Below are positions 51,805-64,000 of a DNA stretch of 64,000 bases, one piece after another. Within the stretch, counting starts at the first letter, position 1. Every line of letters starts with the position of its first letter. The stretch spans positions 133,982,001 through 134,046,000 of the forward strand of contig OZ024741.1 of NCBI GenBank assembly GCA_964016885.1, given 5' to 3'. The notes under the pieces are model-generated. The model worked only from the letters and a program-made list of their open reading frames with translations, was not told the origin of the DNA and ran no database searches. The translations under genes were made by a program, and so were the position numbers. Origin of the DNA: Eledone cirrhosa (lineage: Eukaryota).

Positions 51805-52060
51805 CTATATATATATGTGTGTGTATATATATATGTATACATATATATGTGTATATATAAATACGTCCCACCCTTGCAAGCAGGGAAATGATGATATATA
51901 TATATATATATATATTTACTATACGTACAGATTTAAGTTTAAGCAAAGAATCACTGCTTTCACCCATTTACGGGATCTTCTGAAAATAATAAATATTTGC
52001 TCTACGGGTTTATATATATATAATCCGTCTTGAGCCCTCTTCAGATTTATTATTACTATA

Positions 52061-53720
52061 TCATCATCATCATCACCGTTTTACGTCCATTCTTCCAAGC
52101 TAGCATGGGTTAGACAGGTTGTCCTGTTGTGGGCAGTGTCCGGTTGGCTGACCTTGTCTTGCTCATACAGGAACTGATTCTGGCTTGATTTCTACAGCTG
52201 GATGCCCTTCCTAACTCCAACTTCATTTACAGTGAGTGCTGGGTGCCTTTTTCCGTGGCGCCTACACGTCCACTTCTCAGTGGGAGGGTGTGGGGGCATA
52301 TTGTCTATATGCTTCAGCTTCAACCCGTGGGGGGTCGGTCTTCTGTATTACTGTGTGACGCCAGAGGTCACGGTCATGCGTCATCGCCTTTGAGAGGTGT
52401 AATTGGGTAAGGTCGGCTTTTATCAGCTCATCCCAGGTCTTCTTGGGTCTCCCCACTCCGCGGTTTCCATCGACTTCATCCTACATACGCATCACATGTT
52501 CATACCAACACAACCGCCTCTCCTACACACACCATTTGATTCCTCTTATGCTCAGCGTCTCTCTCAATTCGTTTATGCTTTGCCGTTCGCGTATATTACA
52601 ATTACACATCCATCGGAGCATGCAGGCTTCGTTTCTTTCTAATCTATGCAAGTCTTCCACAGTCTTTCAGTGCCCAGGTCTCACTACCATGTAACATTGC
52701 TGTTCGTATACACGCATCATACAGTCTGCTTTTCATTTTGAGGGAAAAGCCTTTTGCAGCTAGCAGTGGCAGTAGCTCCCTGAACTTCTTCCATCCCATT
52801 CTTACTCTAGTTATTGTACTTTTTGAACACCCACCTCCGCTGTTAATTCGGTCACCTAGGTAGCAGAAGCTGTCTACTGTGTCTACAGAGCCCTCCCAGA
52901 TTTTGGTGGTATTTGTTTCCTGTGGCTGTTTGCTGTCCCAGCACAGCTGCTACATGTGAAGCCTACATTCTTGGTTAAGCTTCCTGAGATCCTGCTACAT
53001 CTCTTGTGTACCCATTGTTTGCATTTGGGGCAGAGAATGGAGTTCCTACCTACACCTTTCCTACATACTGAGCAAGGCCATTTCCCTGAGGGGATCTGAG
53101 TTCTGTTTTCTCATCTACTTACAAGGACCTTAGTCTTTGTCAGGTTGCCTTTGAGAGCCTTTCTTTCTGGTCCTTGCTTCCAAGTTTGGAATTTCTTCTC
53201 TAGTTCTACCATAGATTCAGCTATAAGTGCGAGGTCATCTGCATACAGGAGTTCCCATGGGCATCCGGTCTTAAACTCCTCTGTTATTGCCTGCAGGACT
53301 ATGATGAACAGGAGAGGGCTAAGAGCAGAGCCCTGGTGGACACCGACCTGTATGCTAATTTCCTCGTTATACTCATTGCTAATCCTAACTTTGCTGACTG
53401 TTCCCCTATACATGGCTTGTACAGCTTTCACAAGTCATTTATCTATTCCTAGTTTTCTAAGAACCCACCAGATTATAGCACGGGGAACTCTGTCAAAGGC
53501 TTTCTTGAGATCGACGAATGCCAGGTAGAGTGGCTTACTTTTAGCTAGGTACTTTTCCTGTAACTGCCTCACAAGGAAGAGGGCATCAGTGGTGCCTCTT
53601 CCTGGCACAAACCCAAATTGGATCTCATCTAGTTTCACCCGGTCCCTAATCAACTGTGCTATAACTCTTTGTTACTTTCATGACCTGATACATCAGCTTT
53701 ATACCTCTATAGTTTCCTGT
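52061..53720 (-). mobile_element. RTE-clade LINE, RT to 3' end
   Basis: QFGFVPGRGTTDA, FVDLKKAFDRVP, LLYADDL; (GAT)n tail. Confidence 0.9.
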
Positions 53721-54346
53721 GTGTGTGTGTGAGGGTGTGTATATATATATATATATAAACGTAGCAGGATCTCAGGTAGGCTAACAAAAATGTGTGTAGT
53801 AGGCATGCAGGTGCAATGAATACCAAGTGTTCACACAAACAGATGCTCTCAAATGCCCTAACAGCTCTTTAGAAGTGGTTGACATCTTCCACTACCTAGG
53901 TGACTTCATAAGCAGGAGTTGGAGAGGTATTCTGAATGTATAGTAGCTAGGATGAGAACCAGGTAGTAAAAGTTCAGGAAACTACTACCTGGAGTTATGC
54001 TGTACCACAGAAGACTTGCTTCACACATGAGTGAGGCAAAATATAAATAGAGGCAGAGGTATGCAGACTCGACTCCTCTGTCAGCCTTCTCCACCTTAAT
54101 ACTTCTACTTCCCAACTGCCCACTTCAGCGACATTCTTCACCTCCACTTTCTTTGTCTAACCCATGCTAGCATGGAAAGAAATATTTTCTCCTCCACCAC
54201 ATATTGTGCTTTCCCCTTCCACATCTTCTCTTCTCTAATTCTTGGCACAACTCATGTTAATATAGAAGATGTACCCCCTATTCCCTCCATATACCTGATT
54301 CAATTCTTTGTCCAACCCATGCCAGCATGGAAAGCCGGACATACCA

Positions 54347-54940
54347 CATATATCGCTAAACACAACCATGACCCAACACTTCTCTCACAGTGGTATAACA
54401 ATCCCCTTCACAGTCATGCAACATATATCGCTAAACACAACCATGACCCAACACTTCTCTCACAGTGGTATAACAATCCCCTTCACAGTCATGCAACATA
54501 TATCGCTAAACACAACCATGACCCAACACTTCTCTCACAGTGGTATAACAATCCCCTTCACAGTCATGCAACATATATCGCTAAACACAACCATGACCCA
54601 ACACTTCTCTCACAGTGGTATAACAATCCCCTTCACAGTCATGCAACATATATCGCTAAACACAACCATGACCCAACACTTCTCTCACAGTGGTATAACA
54701 ATCCCCTTCACAGTCATGCAACATATATCGCTAAACACAACCATGACCCAACACTTCTCTCACAGTGGTATAACAATCCCCTTCACAGTCATGCAACATA
54801 TATCGCTAAACACAACCATGACCCAACACTTCTCTCACAGTGGTATAACAATCCCCTTCACAGTCATGCAACATATATCGCTAAACACAACCATGATCTG
54901 ACACTTCTCTCATGGTGGTATGACAAGCTCCTTCACTTCT
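54347..54940. repeat. 75-bp tandem repeat, 7 identical units plus a diverged last unit
   Basis: Unit catatatcgctaaacacaaccatgacccaacacttctctcacagtggtataacaatccccttcacagtcatgcaa. Confidence 0.97.
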
Positions 54941-55045
54941 ATCAATGCCTTTCCAGTGATGGTGCTATGATAAAAATCCACCCAGCTCCCATAATAACTT
55001 GATATAAATATGGCAATATAATTCGAAATAATTTATTCTAAATTA

Positions 55046-56242
55046 CAGGATGCAGATGATATTCATTTACAAGATTACTGCCTGGAAAAAAATAAGTGTT
55101 TTTATTTTTTGAGATATATTCAACAAACATGGGTCAGTTTGTCTTCATGATTCACCTTTGGTTTTGATGACAGCCTCAGAACAGACCACATGCCTTCTTT
55201 ATTGTCTCTTGACTTAGACCCCTGAAGGCTCTGGTGAGCCTAGCACTGAGCTCGCCCTTCATGTTGCAGTTGGATCTGTTGGTCTCTCATTCCACCACAC
55301 TCCACACAAAGAAGTCAAGGGGGTTGCAGTCAGACATGTTGGGAGGCCAAATGTCAACTGCAGTGTGGTTGAAGAAGTTCTCTGACAACCAGTCTTTCGG
55401 CTGGTATGGCAGGATGCTGAATCTTTCTGCCACACGTATGGCCTCCCTGCAGCTACCCAGTCAATCCAGGGCTTCATGGATATAGCCATCAGTGGATATA
55501 GCCATCAGTGTTCAGCTTGAGGCCCTCATGGAAAAGTGGTGTGGCATGATGTCACTTTCATTGCTGACAACACCAAAGACCACAATTGTCACTGGAAACT
55601 TCATCTGCATGACTCTAAGCACATTCTTGGGTGAGACTAAAAGCCACCTTTTCTTCTGGGAGTTGATCTTCTGGTCTTGGCAGAAATTCTTTTCATCAGA
55701 GAACCACAGCATGTCTGGTTCCAGCGGGTGTTTCAACTTTTTGATCAGCTTCTTGGTGTGCTAGAGTCACTTTTCCTGCATTGCCTTGGACTGAAGTTGT
55801 CATCTTGTATGAAAAGTAGCGAATGTCCTCATTCACCACCAGCCTGATGAGCTTTTCATCCACACCTTTCTCCCTTGCAATGGCATGCATTAACTTGCTG
55901 GGATCATTGTTGATGATCTACTGGACTTCAACAATGAACTCCAGCATTCTGACAGTGTCAGGTCATCAATCATGGATTTTCCTCTCTGCTGTCATCTAGA
56001 AATTGAATCTTCTAGTTCCTTTCTGACCTTTTCCACCATCTTTCTGCTGACACAGAGGAAGTCTGAAATCTTGTTTGTCCTTCCAGCACAGATTCTAAAG
56101 AGAACTGGGGGGTTCAAAATTGCCCATAGTCAATTATTCTGCAAAATATTAATGCAAAAATGGCTATTGTTTTCAAGTAATAGAAGTAAAACAATAGGAT
56201 TAAAATTAGCAGTTGAAAATTGCAAATATCATCCGTACCCTG
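55046..56242 (-). mobile_element. Degenerate Tc1/mariner-superfamily transposon (maT-like)
   Basis: WFSDEKNF, YVWQKDSASCHTS, WPPNMSDCNPLDFFVW; imperfect TIRs caggatgcagatgatatt / aatatcatccgtaccctg with TA flanks. Confidence 0.8.
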
Positions 56243-56520
56243 TAGGGTTAGGGTTAGGATTAGGGCTATGGTTCAAGAATACAGTTAGGATTAGGGTTAT
56301 GGTTCAGGAATACGGTACAGGGATAGGATTAGGATTCAGGGTTAAGGTTAGGATTTAGGGTTAGAGGAAGCGTTTAAGGTTAGGGTTCTGGGTTAGAGTT
56401 TAAGGTTGAGGTTTAGGGTTAGTGTTCAGGATTAGGGATTAGGGTTAGAGATAGGATTTAGGGTTAGGTTTAGGGTTTAGAGATAGGGTTTAGGGTTAGG
56501 ATTTAGGGTTAAGGTTATGG
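56243..56520 (+). repeat. Degenerate interstitial telomere-like (TTAGGG/TTTAGGG) tract
   Basis: gggttagggttaggattaggg..gggtttagggttaggatttagggtt. Confidence 0.8.
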
Positions 56521-57149
56521 TGACGATTAGTAATGCTGAATTTTGATTTTTACAACAGAAGATTTAGAAATAAATATAGTGAAGCAGAAAAAAATTAAAG
56601 TAGGGAGATTTGACGTCAAAGCATGCATATGGTTGCTAAGACTGTGTGTGCGTATGCACGTCTGACTGTCTGTCTGTTAATCTGTATGTACGTCGCTACG
56701 TTTATATGTGTGTCTGTCTGTTTGTATGTATGTCTATATGTATGTAAGACTGTATGTATGTATGTGTGTGTATAAACTCACAACCCGGATAAAATGGTTT
56801 TTTAATTTTTTTTTTATTTAGTTTAAGTAAACTTCGCACAAATAGGATGTTTCATTTCCTTTCTGCGTGTTAATTCTTAGGAGCTACCTAAATTGCGAAA
56901 AATTAAAAGACGAAAAGTTGTTTAGGTAGTAACCACGGCTACTAACCTGGTAAAAACTGATATTGTCTGATTTAATAGTTATCGCTACGTATTTATTTTT
57001 TTAAATTTTAATTAGCTATCTTAACTTATTTTATTTAAAATAGAAATAATCTAATGCATTTTCATTAAGAGATTCAAATTCAAATTTGATATTTCTATTG
57101 AAATGGAAAATCCATCCTAAAAAGTTAAGCAAATCTCTCAACTAAGGAA

Positions 57150-57328
57150 TATTTTCCGGCCGCCATGTTCTATATCTGGCGAGTTGATGTAGTTTTGTTA
57201 TCGGCTTAAAACTGGCTTTTCATCTATAGCAAAATCAAAGTATTTTGCTATCTATAATAATAAGAGTATAATACGAAATATTTCTCGGAAGGAGTGTGTT
57301 GAATAATTATTACACAAACAAGGTAAGA
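57150..57328 (+). promoter_or_regulatory. Candidate promoter and non-coding first exon of the Bcl-2-like gene
   Basis: YY1-like CCGCCATGTT at 57160-57169, strong donor AAG|GTAAGA at 57322/57323, TE-poor region with retained CpGs, 2.7 kb upstream of the acceptor at 60011. Confidence 0.4.
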
Positions 57329-60017
57329 ACATAGTAAACTGGAATTAGGTTGCAGATTCATTCTTAAAAACACAGTGAGAGGAGGAGTGACTAAGTAACG
57401 TTCATTCATTCATATATTTTCTCTCATTCTTCACCAAGCCGACCCTTCTTGTCCCCTTACCATCTCCTTGCTGTTCTCTTACTGATCCCTTTTCCATTTC
57501 CCCGTTTGTCACACTCATCCCTCAACAAAAGCCGCATACTTTCTCAAGGTTTTCCTATGAATAATGATTCCTTTGTATTACGTTAGAAAATATATCGTCC
57601 CCGCTTCCGAGCGGCTTCATAAGATAAACATACAAATATTTTGTAAGTTATTAATATATATATATATTCCCAAAATGGAAGGGTTTACGCATTTTTACAA
57701 TCGCGGTATATAAAAATAAATGATGTTATAGAAATAAAAGCTTTGTTTTGGTCACCGAACCAGTAGATCATATGTAAACATGAACACATAAAGGTAGAAA
57801 ATACGTATTTATATATATCTTAAATAATTAAATGTAGAGGCCGAGTAGAGTATGTCAAGAAAAATGTAACATGAAATAGTTGTCAAAGAGATCCTGGCGG
57901 ATCCCCTCCCCTTTATCATGCACCTCGCCCCACTCATAATTTTTAAAACATCCACATACTTAATATCTAACTAAATTGACTGTCAAAACTGTAAATAAGA
58001 GACGGTCCAAAAGATTTTTGTGGGAAGGAATTTATTCTTGTCTTTATATTTTCATTTGATTATTTTGTTTCTTATTTATCATACACTGACTCACATTAAC
58101 AAATGCATTAGACGGAGTGCATGTATCACGTATACACACACATAACTACTCACATTGCCGGTCTCATTTATCTTGTAGCCTTTAACAAACGCACCTGCCA
58201 TTATGTATGTTTCGTGATTTGCCACTGTCAGCGACTCCATATAACTAGGCGTGCACTCGACATATAACTGCGCACAAACTATTTCTAGACTTATAGTAAT
58301 AACGCACATCTATAGGAATATATTATTTTAATCCTTATCTAACAATGAATTATTTAAAAACTTTTTTGCTGAAGAAACAAAAGACCAGTTAAACACAATA
58401 TGCACAAACTCTTTTAATGGTGTCAAATCATGTGTGTAAGTGTTGTGTAGCTTCAGGTCATTCCTTATTGTGCAGACATATAATCATAATCAAAGGCATT
58501 CCAGCTATGACCATCCCATGTTTTTCTTTGTGCAGAGAACCCAGGACCACATTATCCACTGTGTTCTTTTTTATGATTGTAGGCCATTTCTAGCAGGTTG
58601 AACGACCAGGTAAGAAACTGGTTCGTGTGTGTGTGGCAAGTACTGTTAAGTGAATGTGTCGGTGTGTATAACATTATATATATGTATGTGTGGGTGAAGG
58701 TGTATGGTACGGTTGAGTGTATGTGTACGCATAGAAAAAAATATCCTTGCGTAGATTGGGCAGTTATTGTGTAGTTCACTATTGCTTGCCCATACTCCTT
58801 ATGTATTTATTTCTTTTCTTTTATCAGGTTGTTTACTAAAATCTAATCAGTACTTAAAAAAAAGAAGAAAAGCTATTGTCAGTGGCTCACGTGAGGCAGA
58901 CAGCTTGTGTACATTTGTCACTTATGCACGTGCACATGCATATATAGTAGTAATAGTAATATTTATATAGCTGTGTGTGTGACTTTTGTTCATAGCAAAT
59001 ATACTTAATTAAAAAGAACAAAGTATTTTTTTAATTTAACATAGATATAATAATGCATCTTAGATTTATCAATGTGCATAGTATGTCTGATTGTGAGGCA
59101 TTGTAACATGCGAAACTGTGTAATATGTGAATCGAAAGTAGAAGTATTAGTACAGACTCGCTGCTATAAGTCTTGTGATTTGGCCATAATACTGCTGCTA
59201 CATGTAGTATAATGGTTATTCAGAAGGTGATAGTGCGTACATGGACAGATGTATCGAAAGTAATTTCTTTCAATCCACTTTCTTATTGCCAATTACTTGT
59301 TCAGGAGTTATAGATAAACAATTTTTGTCTCAAGAGACATTATTGTAAGAATTAACTGAAATCAAAGCTACACGAAAAAAAAAAAGAACAGAAAAAAAGA
59401 AAGAAAAAGCTGAATAAACAAACAAAAAGAGGGCGTGTGTAGAAATATGATGGACTTTTACGAAAGAAGAATTTGAAAAGAAAAATGAGAAATGGTGTTT
59501 ATATGGAAATGTTATTTTCACATAGGAAGTTAACTGTGAGAGAGAAAAAAATTACTAATTGATAGGCGTCTATTAACCAAAAAATAGTATCTGTCAAGTG
59601 AATGTCTTGAAATTTCCTACACCTTTCTGTTAGCATTTACTATTTTCAAATTGTTCCTGTTGACTCTTCAAATTTATGTTTCATTTTTTTATAAGTAGCA
59701 TATATTTAAATGTGCAATCTTTAAAATTGCCAATAAAACAAACACAGAAGCAAACAAAAAACATTACTGGTAATTTCCACATTCTTTTAATACATATTTT
59801 GAAAAAAAATGTATCAAAATCTAAAATTTTTGCATTTTTAATTAATTTTATTTAATTTCTCAAAAGTATTCCTCTGGTTTCTTCGAAAGACTTGTTTTAA
59901 ACATTTCAGTTTTGTAACTGTTTCACTTTTTTAAGATTGTTACTGTTAGAATATAAATCATAATCTTCTAATATTTTATGATGTCTAACTGTTGAACAAT
60001 TTTCTCTTTAGGATGCT

Positions 60018-60470
60018 ATGGGTTCTTCGTCAAATAACAACTCCGAGATGAATGTGCCGGTCTCTCGGTATTTACTGGAAGATTATGTTAACTACCGTCT
60101 AAGGAGGCAGGGTTTTACATGGGAGAACTGCCCCTGCTTTGACCGCCGTCCAAGCAAAGTGGCAATCAGTATGCGTGCCATGGCCGATGAGTTTGAGGAA
60201 AGATATCATGACCAATTCTCAAATATGTGCCAACAACTTCATATTACTCAGCATACAGCATACACCACTTTTCAGGCTGTTATTAATGAACTTTTTAGTG
60301 ACCAGACTATCAACTGGGGTCGAATTGTAGCCCTATTCTCTTTCAGTGGAGCTTTGTCCCTACAGAGTGTTGAGAAAGAAATGCCTTACCTTGTGGACAA
60401 CATAGTAGACTGGGCTTATACATACTTAACTGATCATTTGAACTCTTGGATAACTACGCATGGTGGATGG
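60018..60470 (+). CDS. Anti-apoptotic Bcl-2/Bcl-xL-like protein, first coding exon (151 codons); terminal exon not seen in the window
   Basis: BH4 SRYLLEDYVNYRLRRQGFTW, BH3 MRAMADEFE, BH1 ELFSDQTINWGRIVALFSF, BH2 SWITTHGGW; acceptor tttctctttAG at 60010-60011 and donor GGATGG|GTAAGA at 60470/60471. Confidence 0.95.
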
Positions 60471-60699
60471 GTAAGAAGTTTTCATTTATATTTCTGTTTT
60501 ATTGATTTGTTTGATAATTATATCAGTGTGTGAAAATACTTCAGACCTAGACACTATTGTTTGTGTTTTGATAATCTGGATCAATACATTGAAAAGAAGT
60601 GAAGCAGAAATATGGAGAGTTTACTTTTGGTTTAGTCGCAGTGAAAAGTATACATACAACTGATCGAATGGAACGTTCTTGAAACATCATATGTAGGTA

Positions 60700-61165
60700 G
60701 TAAAGGTGCGTAGCTTAGATGTTTGGCTCGCAATCATATGGTCATATGTCGGATTTTTTGTGGTACATTGTGTCCTTGAGCAAGACACTTCATTTCATAT
60801 TGCTCCAATCCTCTCAGCTGGCAAAGATAAACAGTAGCTGTAATTACAAGAACCAGTCTTGTCATACACTTTGTCTTACTAAATTTTCCTTAGATTTACA
60901 TTAAGGCAGGGTTTCCAAACTTTTTCTAACGCAGAACCCTTTTTGGTTCAGAAACTTTTGGGCAACCCCAAAGTATAATACTGTTATATGATCATAATAT
61001 AAATATACTCTTCTACCTTTCTTCACGGAACCCACTTTGGGAACCACTGCATTAAGGGTACACATGTTTGAGGAATGTTCAGTCACTCACACATAAATGT
61101 CAAGTGCAAGCTCTTTCATTCTTCAAACAGTTGGTGCATTTATCATTAGAACTGATGGAACTCCA
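60700..61165 (+). mobile_element. SINE (second family), split by a hAT MITE
   Basis: gtgtccttgagcaagacactt core; 3' body shared with 45460-45805. Confidence 0.7.
60907..61049. mobile_element. hAT-superfamily MITE, 143 bp
   Basis: TIRs cagggtttccaaac / ctttgggaaccactg and an exact 8-bp TSD cattaagg (60899-60906 and 61050-61057). Confidence 0.9.
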
Positions 61166-61328
61166 ACAGATGTAGGTTGTATACAAAACATTCATCAAGT
61201 TTCTTTAAAGACTAGAAATTTAATTCTAGAACCAAAATACTTTCTCAGTGATCTATCTTGTTTTTGATAAGAATTGCAAAGATAACAAATAATGTAGTAT
61301 AGGTGATATGAAGCATTGTGAGATATGT

Positions 61329-61555
61329 AATAAATGACTGATAAGTTTCAAAAATACGGTAGAAATATATAAAGGGCAAAGGATGACAAATAAAACAAAA
61401 CATAGTAATATTTTACCTGGTATATTTCAACATATTTCAGGGTTTTTACCCTCGTTTCTAATGTGAAACGTAAATGGTTCAAAACAGTCATCCTTTGCCC
61501 ATTATATATTATTACCAAATTGTACTGGCTTTCTGAAACTTATCAGTTGTTTATA
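61329..61555. repeat. Old fold-back element in the Bcl-2-like intron
   Basis: actgataagtttca / tgaaacttatcagt and gggcaaaggatgac / gtcatcctttgccc inverted blocks. Confidence 0.75.
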
Positions 61556-63109
61556 ACAAATAATGATTTTTAACTTAATCACAAACTATAAATTGTTTTT
61601 TTTTTCTTTATGATGATTGTTGTGGTAGTGAGGAACAATAGATTTAATAAACCCAGTAATTAACTGGTCCTTATTTCATCAACTCTGGAAGGGTCAAAGT
61701 TGATCTCAGAGCAATTTAAACTTAAAACACTATGGGATACAACTAAATGCACAATCATTTTTATTTTTTAAGGCTGATTGATATGACAATACAGATAGTA
61801 ATTTTATTATAAATGGGATAAGATACATATTTAATTCCAATGGAATTTTGACTACTGAGTCTCCCAGCAGCAAGGACCATAACAGATGCTATTTACTGTT
61901 TCATTTGAACCGTTGATGATGGTAGAAGCTGTTCCTTTTGCCTTATAAGCTATGCATTAATTCTTTCATTATCATATTTCTAATGATAGACATTGCTTTT
62001 GATTTTCAACTAATTTTGAAAATAATCAAGAATTTGGAGGAATTTAGTAAAATAACTAATTTTCTTATTATTAAGCTGGAACATAACTTAACAAAAGATT
62101 TAACATAATGATGGAAGGTTTTTATATAGACATAAACACTTTAAAACAAGCAGTGTTTGGGGCATAACTTAAAGTTTTTGGATAAATATAAACACTTTAA
62201 ACAAGCAGTTTTATGTTTGTAGAACCAGTGGCATTTTCAGGTGGTTTAGTGTCAAAAGAGTTGAAAAATACAATAATATGAAGCAAAGTTCTTGAGTACA
62301 TTATAGACCTGCTTGGCAGTAAGAAGTGAAAAGCAATTTCATGTCAAAATTTTTACACTACATAAATTGTTTTGTAAATCCCAGGAACCTGAAAAGTAAG
62401 CAAGAAATAAGTTACTTATTCTATATGTATTTTAAATTTGAAGGATAACCTAATCTTTGCAGTGTGAAGAAGTTGAAAAGGTATAGACATATGATAGCAA
62501 AAGTCGGCAAAGAAATTTCAAAATTATAATGAATTATCTAAAAGAATTCAATCCAACATTGAAAAACAAATTAGTTTAATATGAAAATATATCTGAGAAT
62601 TGTAATTATATGTATTTCTATGCACCATCTCTAAAGTTGTTGCAGCAATATTTGTTCTTTTGAAGCAAAGGTATTGCATCAGTATCTTTCTTCTTGAAGT
62701 ATTGAGTTTTTAATAGGAAATGGTCCTGTTAATATTGTTCATTGTCTGGTAATGGATAAGGAAAAATATCCTTCTGTTTGTGAGTTTGAGTATCAAGATG
62801 TTTTAATACTTTATTTAATTTTAGGCCTGCGTATGTGTGTGACAGTACATATATCTGTGTGTGTGAGACTTTATACATCTCTATTTGTGTATGTGTGAGA
62901 GAGAGAGTACATATATATATATCTATATATGTACATATATGTGTTTGTGGCTCAGAATATGTATATATGTATTGTATGTGGGAGAGAGAGAGAGTGTATA
63001 TATCTCTATAAATGTGAATGTAAGTTAGAGCACATATATCTATAATTATATATCTTTGCCTGGTTTGTCCTCAATGTTACATCTACCCATCATATTGGTA
63101 TATTCTATA

Positions 63110-63494
63110 CTTTCTTGTCTATATTGTCCTCAATATCATATATACACCCATCATAGTGATATATTTTGTCTATATTGTCCTCAATATCATATATACACCT
63201 ATCATCATGATATATTTTGTCTATGTTATCCTCAATATCATATATATACCCAGTGATATATTTTATCTATGCTCTCCTCAATATCATATATACACTCATC
63301 ATAGTGATATATTTTGTCTATGCTGTCCTCAATATCATATATATATATATATATAAAATAATTAAGTTAAATATGTAAAATTTGACTTAATTATTTTACA
63401 CTACTCCGGAGTAAACAAACCAACCTGCGTACTTCATCGAGTGCTCCAATCTGCGTACTGAGGTGTCAGTAAACAACCAACATATACTCAAAAT

Positions 63495-63551
<57 letters not shown>

Positions 63552-63810
63552 CATCATAGTGATATATTTTGACTATATTGTCCTCAATATCATATATATA
63601 TATATACCCAGTGATATATTTTGTCTATGCTGTCCTCAATATCATATATATATACCCAGTGATATATTTTGTCTCTATTGTCCTCAATATCATATATACA
63701 CCCATCATCATGATATATTTTTCTATATTATCCTCAATATCATATACACCCATCATAATGATATATTGTCTAAATTGTTCTCAATATCATATACACCCTT
63801 GATAATGATA
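63110..63810. repeat. About 45-50 bp diverged minisatellite with TA expansions
   Basis: Recurrent gatatattttgtctatattgtcctcaatatcatatatacaccc. Confidence 0.85.
63353..63502 (+). mobile_element. Truncated family B element (tail only) in a (TA)n expansion
   Basis: Reverse complement of 31770-31890; begins with a mini fold-back taaaataattaagtt..gacttaattatttta; (TA)n on both sides. Confidence 0.85.
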
Positions 63811-64000
63811 TATTTTATACAAACCTTTTGTTACACTTTAATGATAGACAATGCAAAAGGAGATAGATTTTGGTAGTTAACCATTTTGTAACCATATTTC
63901 TAATAAAATACACTCCCTGTGTGTTTCAAATAACATGAATTGGAAGGATTAAGTAAAGTATCTAACTTTGACATTACTTGGGTTTTTTTACATAAGATTA

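Noticed and set aside
54172-55002. 276-aa and 197-aa repetitive ORFs
   Set aside because: Produced by the 75-bp tandem repeat and open in two frames, with no evidence of coding function.
61329-61555. Hammerheads in the intronic fold-back
   Set aside because: Only partial motifs (CTGATAA; a stem plus GAAA with no core), so it is kept as a fold-back only.

Overview
AT-rich, repeat-dense animal genomic DNA. It is most likely an octopod cephalopod, inferred from the SINE sequences and repeat landscape and not verified. Two host genes are supported: an intronless AIMP1/EMAP-II-like CDS (10021-10881, -) and the main coding exon of a Bcl-2/Bcl-xL-like gene (60018-60470, +). Most of the rest is decayed mobile DNA: many RTE LINE pieces, two Tx1/L1-like copies, a CR1 piece, an R4/Dong-like element inside a (CATA)n tract, a Penelope RT/GIY-YIG remnant, mariner/Tc1 relics, MITEs, Helitron-like elements, SINEs and minisatellites. 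The most interesting signal is a set of short non-coding fold-back elements sitting in (TA)n microsatellites. Their inverted arms carry outward-facing type I hammerhead ribozyme motifs (clear at 24.8/25.0 and 31.9/32.2 kb, a solo copy at 36.1 kb, degenerate at 8.9, 23.3 and 52.0 kb). They have one-sided tails and stuttered hairpin centres that suggest snap-back priming. I read them as a candidate non-autonomous, Penelope-mobilised ribozyme retroelement system. All calls were made by eye, and boundaries of decayed elements are approximate.
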